From IMG/VR virus record IMGVR_UViG_3300028394_000042: DNA of 64,000 bases. One strand, written 5' to 3'. Within the stretch, counting starts at the first letter, position 1, and each line of letters begins with the position of its first letter. The translations under genes were made by a program, and so were the position numbers. The DNA is from a virus. Below the pieces are notes generated by a model, which saw only the letters and a list, made by a program, of their open reading frames with translations, was not told where the DNA came from and made no database searches. Positions 59,325 to 64,000 of this stretch are shown in pieces.

Positions 59325-60920
59325 TTAGCACGGCGCCTCTGTTGTTCCGGTTTCGCTGCAGTAAAGCGCTTGCGCCACCGTGGCTACGGCAGGCTCGATT
59401 ATGATGCGCAGGTATTCGTTGACCCATTGATACACGAAACCGTTAGACAGGTCGGTATACAGTGTATTCGCTTTGCCCGTGGCCGGAAACACTGACAGGC
59501 TGCTGTAGCTTTCACGCGCGTCTTGGCTGCCGCAGTTATTCCGCATGAGCGACTGGTCGCTGAGCGCACCTGTAAGTACACCGGTGACAATAACTGGCCC
59601 GGCGGGCTTGCTGCCGTCTGCGGCCAAGAATTTCACGCGGAACTTCAGGTATGCAGAATCCCCCGGCGGTATCTGTGGCAACGTCGACGAGTATGTCAGG
59701 CCATCGGGCGACGGGTACACAGCGACCGGCTTGCCATTTACGTTAGGCCCGAAAAGCGCTGTGTTGCCGCAGACCAGTGATGCTGTTACGCCGGGGCTGC
59801 TAACTGTAAGCATGACCGACAGCGTGACCGGCGGCAGGCATGTGGTGCATGGATTGCAGGCCATCATGACAATGTCCATGTATGGACACATCTGCGGCGT
59901 TAACATCAACCGCAGCGGGTTAGCTGTGCTACAGCCACGTTGCGCGTTCCAGCGGGCTATGTTGTTCTCGTGAGCTGTGCGAACATTCTCTGCGCGCTGC
60001 CCAATAAGGGCATATCGGTCCCGAGTTAGGTTGAGGTATTTTGCCAGATCAGAGTAGTCTGAGCATTTGCAGCAGGGCGCTGTGCAACCTGTGCCAATGT
60101 GCAGCTGGTTATCTGGATCTACGGCGCCGTCGACTAGAGGCCGGCGCGCAAACAAGCAGTCTGTGGCAGAGATCAGGAAGTCGCCGCTGGCGCTAGGAGA
60201 CACGCCATTGATAGACGTAATTGGCACGTCTCCTGTGCTTGAGCACGGCGCCAGCCCGGCACCAGAGCCAGCTTGTGCTGAGACAGTGATAGCCGTGTTG
60301 TTGCGAAACGGGCTATTGCTCGATACCTGCCCGGCCAGCTCAGTGTTGTAACTATTCTTGAGCAGTATGTTGCCAGCGTACGGCCCATGCTCGCTCTGGC
60401 CGTTGCGGACGCTGATCGTGCGCAACCTGCGGGGCATTTGATATGTAGCGCGGCCAGCAAGTTTAGCGCTGGTTGGGGTCAGGTACTTATCGTACTGTTG
60501 CTGTTCGGCTGTGTCGGGCGCCCATGTCGTATGCGTAACCAGTCGACACACGGCTGCACTACCCAGCCACTCGTATATCTTGTAGTCTGTGCCCCACGCG
60601 CTTACAGTGAACGCGGTGTTTACGGCACTGTTGAACACGACGCGGTTGGCGGCGTCGACCACAACAATGTCGGCGGCGTGCGTTGGCGTGAAGAAGTCAA
60701 CAGCTGGGGTGTTCTCTACACACCCTACGCCATAAAGATATCTAATCGACAGCGGGTATGTGATCTCAAACGCTGGCGGTTCAAAAGCCAAATAGAAATC
60801 AGCCAACAGGTAGTCGATGTCGCTAGACGGTCGGACAAGCGGGTAGTCCAGTCCGGCATCTTGGTTTACGCCGATACCGGCCCGGCCGCTTGACGATATT
60901 ACGTAATCAGGGCACGCCAT
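59325..60920 (-). CDS. Cys-rich tail-associated protein
   Basis: SINGVSP, C.APCC.C, FPATG motif. Confidence 0.6.
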   Translation of the reverse strand: MACPDYVISSSGRAGIGVNQDAGLDYPLVRPSSDIDYLLADFYLAFEPPAFEITYPLSIRYLYGVGCVENTPAVDFFTPTHAADIVVVDAANRVVFNSAVNTAFTVSAWGTDYKIYEWLGSAAVCRLVTHTTWAPDTAEQQQYDKYLTPTSAKLAGRATYQMPRRLRTISVRNGQSEHGPYAGNILLKNSYNTELAGQVSSNSPFRNNTAITVSAQAGSGAGLAPCSSTGDVPITSINGVSPSASGDFLISATDCLFARRPLVDGAVDPDNQLHIGTGCTAPCCKCSDYSDLAKYLNLTRDRYALIGQRAENVRTAHENNIARWNAQRGCSTANPLRLMLTPQMCPYMDIVMMACNPCTTCLPPVTLSVMLTVSSPGVTASLVCGNTALFGPNVNGKPVAVYPSPDGLTYSSTLPQIPPGDSAYLKFRVKFLAADGSKPAGPVIVTGVLTGALSDQSLMRNNCGSQDARESYSSLSVFPATGKANTLYTDLSNGFVYQWVNEYLRIIIEPAVATVAQALYCSETGTTEAPC

Positions 60921-60924
60921 TGTT

Positions 60925-61878
60925 TCACCCTGACGTGCAGCCAGAGTCTCCCAGCTTGCTGCCGAGCACGACAAGGCTCATTTGTGTTACTTCGCCGCCC
61001 ATCCGGGTAAGAAAGTTCTGCAGTGTTGCAGCCCCGTCTCCAAATCGGTTGACCTGATTTTTCAGCGCGTCTAGCTCTTTGCAGCCGCAGCATGGCGTGG
61101 CGCACGTGTCGGCAAACTTGAGCCCGCTGTTATTGGCGCCATTCAATGGGGTGATAGCCAAGCATGAGTCCGGCGCAAACATGAAGTTGCCGTCCAGCGA
61201 CGTCACGCCGTTGATAGACCGGATACAGGGCCCAGTCGAGTTTGTCACGCACGCGCATGTCTCGTTTAGATTCGCGCCAGAGATTGCTTTGATCGTAATC
61301 TCAGTCGTGCTACCAACAGTGGCTACGTCGATGTTGATGTTGCCGCCAGCAACCAGTGTGACGTCGCCGTAGATAGGCGCGCTAAGTTCATTGTTGTTGC
61401 TGATCTGCAGTCGTTGCACCCCGCGGATCATAGGCCGGATGCAGTCTGTCTCCAGTTCACCGGCAGCTTGTGTGAACTCATAAAGCCCGGGCGGCAACTT
61501 GTCGATATCGTCAAGCGAGCCAAGCACCAGTTGGCCGACGCAGTCAGCGAAGTCGTTTATTCCGCCCAGCGCATAAGTTTGGTCGGCAACGTAGCCCGTG
61601 CGGATGATGTTGGCTGCTGCTACGTCTACAGTGTCACCAGCCGCCTCGTAACCCACCGTAATATTGAAGCCAGTGGGGGAGATCAGCACGCGCCGCACAA
61701 AGAAGTTGCTGGGCGCGAACGTCAGGCCAGAATGAATAGGCAAATACAGGCCGACGAGAAAGCTGTCTGGCAGCGTGAGCGTGCCGGTAGTGTCAGTTTT
61801 TGTAGCCCGAGTTGTGAACGGGTACGAGCGCTGGGCGTTGTGGTTCAGCCACTCTAAATTCCAGTTTCCGATAACCAT
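60925..61878 (-). CDS. Cys-rich tail/baseplate-associated protein
   Basis: WLNHNAQRSYPF, SINGV...GNF, CATPCCGC. Confidence 0.6.
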   Translation of the reverse strand: MVIGNWNLEWLNHNAQRSYPFTTRATKTDTTGTLTLPDSFLVGLYLPIHSGLTFAPSNFFVRRVLISPTGFNITVGYEAAGDTVDVAAANIIRTGYVADQTYALGGINDFADCVGQLVLGSLDDIDKLPPGLYEFTQAAGELETDCIRPMIRGVQRLQISNNNELSAPIYGDVTLVAGGNINIDVATVGSTTEITIKAISGANLNETCACVTNSTGPCIRSINGVTSLDGNFMFAPDSCLAITPLNGANNSGLKFADTCATPCCGCKELDALKNQVNRFGDGAATLQNFLTRMGGEVTQMSLVVLGSKLGDSGCTSG

Positions 61879-61894
61879 GACAGTTCACACACCC

Positions 61895-63781
61895 TTATGT
61901 AGCGCTGTACACAATTCCGGCGATCCTCAACACGCCTACGTCGCCCAAATACGCATCAGCATCAGTGCGGCCGATGGTCACAAGCACTGTATCGCCAGCT
62001 GCAATACTGAACGGCGCGCTGTCTTTGACAATCGCAATGTCAGACGACAGCGTTACGACCGAGTTGAACGTTAAGTTTGTGTCGTTTTGTTCAAGAGGAG
62101 TGCCCGTGATAGCGGCGGGAGCCGGCAGACGGCGGTACGTCATGTAAAGCGCCGGCAATGACTGGCTTGCACCACCGCGGCCGAAGAACTGCACGCGGAT
62201 CTTCATTTGCAGGTTATCGCCAAGATTGCTGTCGGGTACGTTGAGCCGTACGCGCAGCAATGAAGCTTGGCCGGGCGGGAAGCCGATATATGGAATGTCC
62301 ATATACAGCCGCTCGACGGTATCGCTGAGCCGGATGATCTGCGGCGAAATCTCGCGCTCGACCAGCTGATCTGTGTAGTCGAGTTTCACCACGCCTTGAT
62401 GCAGCACGTGGTTGCCGCTCAGGCCAAACTCGTCCAGCTCGGCAGTAGTTAAGTTACGCTTTGTGCCGCGGGTGCTGGAGAGCGAAAGCTGGTTAGACGT
62501 TGTGAATACGCCTTCTGTGACCCAGCCGGCTTTCAGTTTGTTACCGCCGGGGGCTTCTTTCAGCGCCTGCCCACCAATAGCCTCTGCTGGAAGTATGGGC
62601 AGGTTGATGTCGAGCATCAGGTCGCCGGTGCCGGTGGTGCTTGGCGTCCCGTCGCAGCTCTCGACAAGAATGGGGCTGCCGGGAGCCGACTCAAGCTTTG
62701 TTACAGCTGTACGGTCATTGCCGTACAGCATGCGCAGAAACACAACCTCTACGCGCATGTCTTCCTGCACGGGGCACGCTGTTGACTCAGGTGCGTAGTC
62801 TGCGTCTGTAGTATCTGTGTCAGCGGGCCACGGCACTTCGCCAAAGCAGTCTTTCATCCACCAGATGCCGTTGCGGTCACAAATAACAAAACCAGCTGCG
62901 CCCTGCGCTACTTCACTCGCGCCGCGTTGTTTTGGCGCTGTTGGCGAGCCCGCTGTCTCATCGTGACCCTTGTCCCACAGCACAGCGACGGACTGAATTG
63001 GCACCGGGGGCCAGACATTGGCCAGCGTGGTGTGTTGCGACAAGTTGTAGCCGAACTTAGCTCCGGCTGGCGCCTTGCCGTTGAAACTACCGTGCGCTGC
63101 CGGGAGCCAACCCTGCAAGTTAGCGTCAGCGTCTGTGATCACGTGTGCGTCGGTGTCTTCTGGCTGCGTGTGCGTGCCAGCTGGCTTGGCGTACAGCGCA
63201 AACCTGTAATGAGTGTGCTCGTCAATGAAGTCGCGCAGGTGCGGCATAACAACAACACGCGGCACATCGGAGCAGTTGTCTTTGGGGCCCTGCACGTGGC
63301 ATACGCTCACGTTTACAGACGGCTTCTGCTGCGTGAGCTTCCCGGGCTCAGATGTTGAAAGGTAGTAGCGACCGGGCAGTACGGCGCCGGTGATGGCGTT
63401 GTCCAAGTTCGAGATATCGACGATGCCCTGCAGCACAATGTCGCCCAGTGTGGCTGTGCGCTTTGTGAGACACAGGCCCACGCAGTCAGATGACGGCTGC
63501 ACGGTCGGGAGCTGGGTGACAGTGTCGTTAGCGACAGAAGCAAGCGCCTGCTCGTAGCGCTGCGTAGTGTAGTTCCAGTACACCGGCTGGCCGGGCATTA
63601 CGTTTGTTGCGATTGTTGCGTTTGAGTCAACAATGGCCCGGCCGACCACAGCTGCGTCCAGCCGGTCTTTCAGGTGGTCCGTACGGTCGGCCAGCGTGCG
63701 GTCAGCGCGATTGACGACGTCTGCCTGCACCGGCTCGCCGGGGGCGACGTACGACACTTTATTGAGCCAGTTACTGGGCAT
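61895..63781 (-). CDS. tail/baseplate structural protein
   Basis: GGAGG RBS; GEPV.A.V.NR...L..RT; GRYYLS...PGKLT. Confidence 0.6.
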   Translation of the reverse strand: MPSNWLNKVSYVAPGEPVQADVVNRADRTLADRTDHLKDRLDAAVVGRAIVDSNATIATNVMPGQPVYWNYTTQRYEQALASVANDTVTQLPTVQPSSDCVGLCLTKRTATLGDIVLQGIVDISNLDNAITGAVLPGRYYLSTSEPGKLTQQKPSVNVSVCHVQGPKDNCSDVPRVVVMPHLRDFIDEHTHYRFALYAKPAGTHTQPEDTDAHVITDADANLQGWLPAAHGSFNGKAPAGAKFGYNLSQHTTLANVWPPVPIQSVAVLWDKGHDETAGSPTAPKQRGASEVAQGAAGFVICDRNGIWWMKDCFGEVPWPADTDTTDADYAPESTACPVQEDMRVEVVFLRMLYGNDRTAVTKLESAPGSPILVESCDGTPSTTGTGDLMLDINLPILPAEAIGGQALKEAPGGNKLKAGWVTEGVFTTSNQLSLSSTRGTKRNLTTAELDEFGLSGNHVLHQGVVKLDYTDQLVEREISPQIIRLSDTVERLYMDIPYIGFPPGQASLLRVRLNVPDSNLGDNLQMKIRVQFFGRGGASQSLPALYMTYRRLPAPAAITGTPLEQNDTNLTFNSVVTLSSDIAIVKDSAPFSIAAGDTVLVTIGRTDADAYLGDVGVLRIAGIVYSAT

Positions 63782-63828
63782 CCTTGCCTCCCGCGAAATG
63801 GAACACTAGTGGGCCGCGAAACGGTGCA

Positions 63829-63999
63829 CTACTCAAATGCGATATCCCAAGTAATGCCGATCTGGGAGGACGCTTCTTTTGTTACCTGATTGGCGCCTGT
63901 AAACATCGTGCGCGCAAACACGGCATCTTTTGTGCGGTCGCTAAACACTGGCGCGGCAACAAGCGTTGCGGCAAACACCTTGCTGTTCACGACATTGCT
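63829..63999 (-). CDS. C-terminus of a baseplate/tail protein (partial)
   Basis: Manual translation ...VFARTMF....TKEASSQIGITWDIAFE*. Confidence 0.55.
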   Translation of the reverse strand, partial: SNVVNSKVFAATLVAAPVFSDRTKDAVFARTMFTGANQVTKEASSQIGITWDIAFE

Positions 64000-64000
64000 A

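Noticed and set aside
1-64000. CRISPR, TIGR-like or other short-period guide array for the Cas7/Nop-like genes
   Set aside because: I inspected the intergenic gaps by eye and found no regularly spaced repeats. An array could lie outside the window or be too degenerate to see.
1-64000. Stop-codon reassignment
   Set aside because: Conserved genes are full length under code 11 and end in TAA, TAG and TGA; both tRNAs have sense anticodons.

Overview
This is a 64-kb segment of a large, probably jumbo, tailed dsDNA phage. It is almost entirely minus-strand, densely packed and uses the standard genetic code. Several gene families suggest a Planctomycetota-like host, which is an inference. Left end (1-11 kb): a replication/recombination operon with DnaB-like helicase, SF2 helicase carrying an Ala-starting class 3-type LAGLIDADG intein, SbcC/SbcD, DEDDh exonuclease and tRNA-Gln. 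Embedded in this operon are two tightly coupled genes that look like a stand-alone Cas7/RAMP-fold protein and an IS110/Tas-like Nop-domain protein; this is the best candidate for an undescribed RNA-guided system. Middle (11-37 kb): small accessory genes, including a family of repeat-module proteins, MazG, SEC-C, HTH-DHS-like and DUF3085-alphaCTD fusions, and a DUF1257/DUF2997/AAA cluster. 37-50 kb: terminase large subunit, tRNA-Thr with a duplicated 3' end, a 187-nt tRNA-like RNA, a pyrimidine-dimer glycosylase-like gene, a primase-like gene and CsrA. Right end (50-64 kb): Cys-rich and collagen-like tail/baseplate genes. I found no CRISPR or TIGR-like array in the window. All family calls come from recognising motifs by eye, not from database searches.
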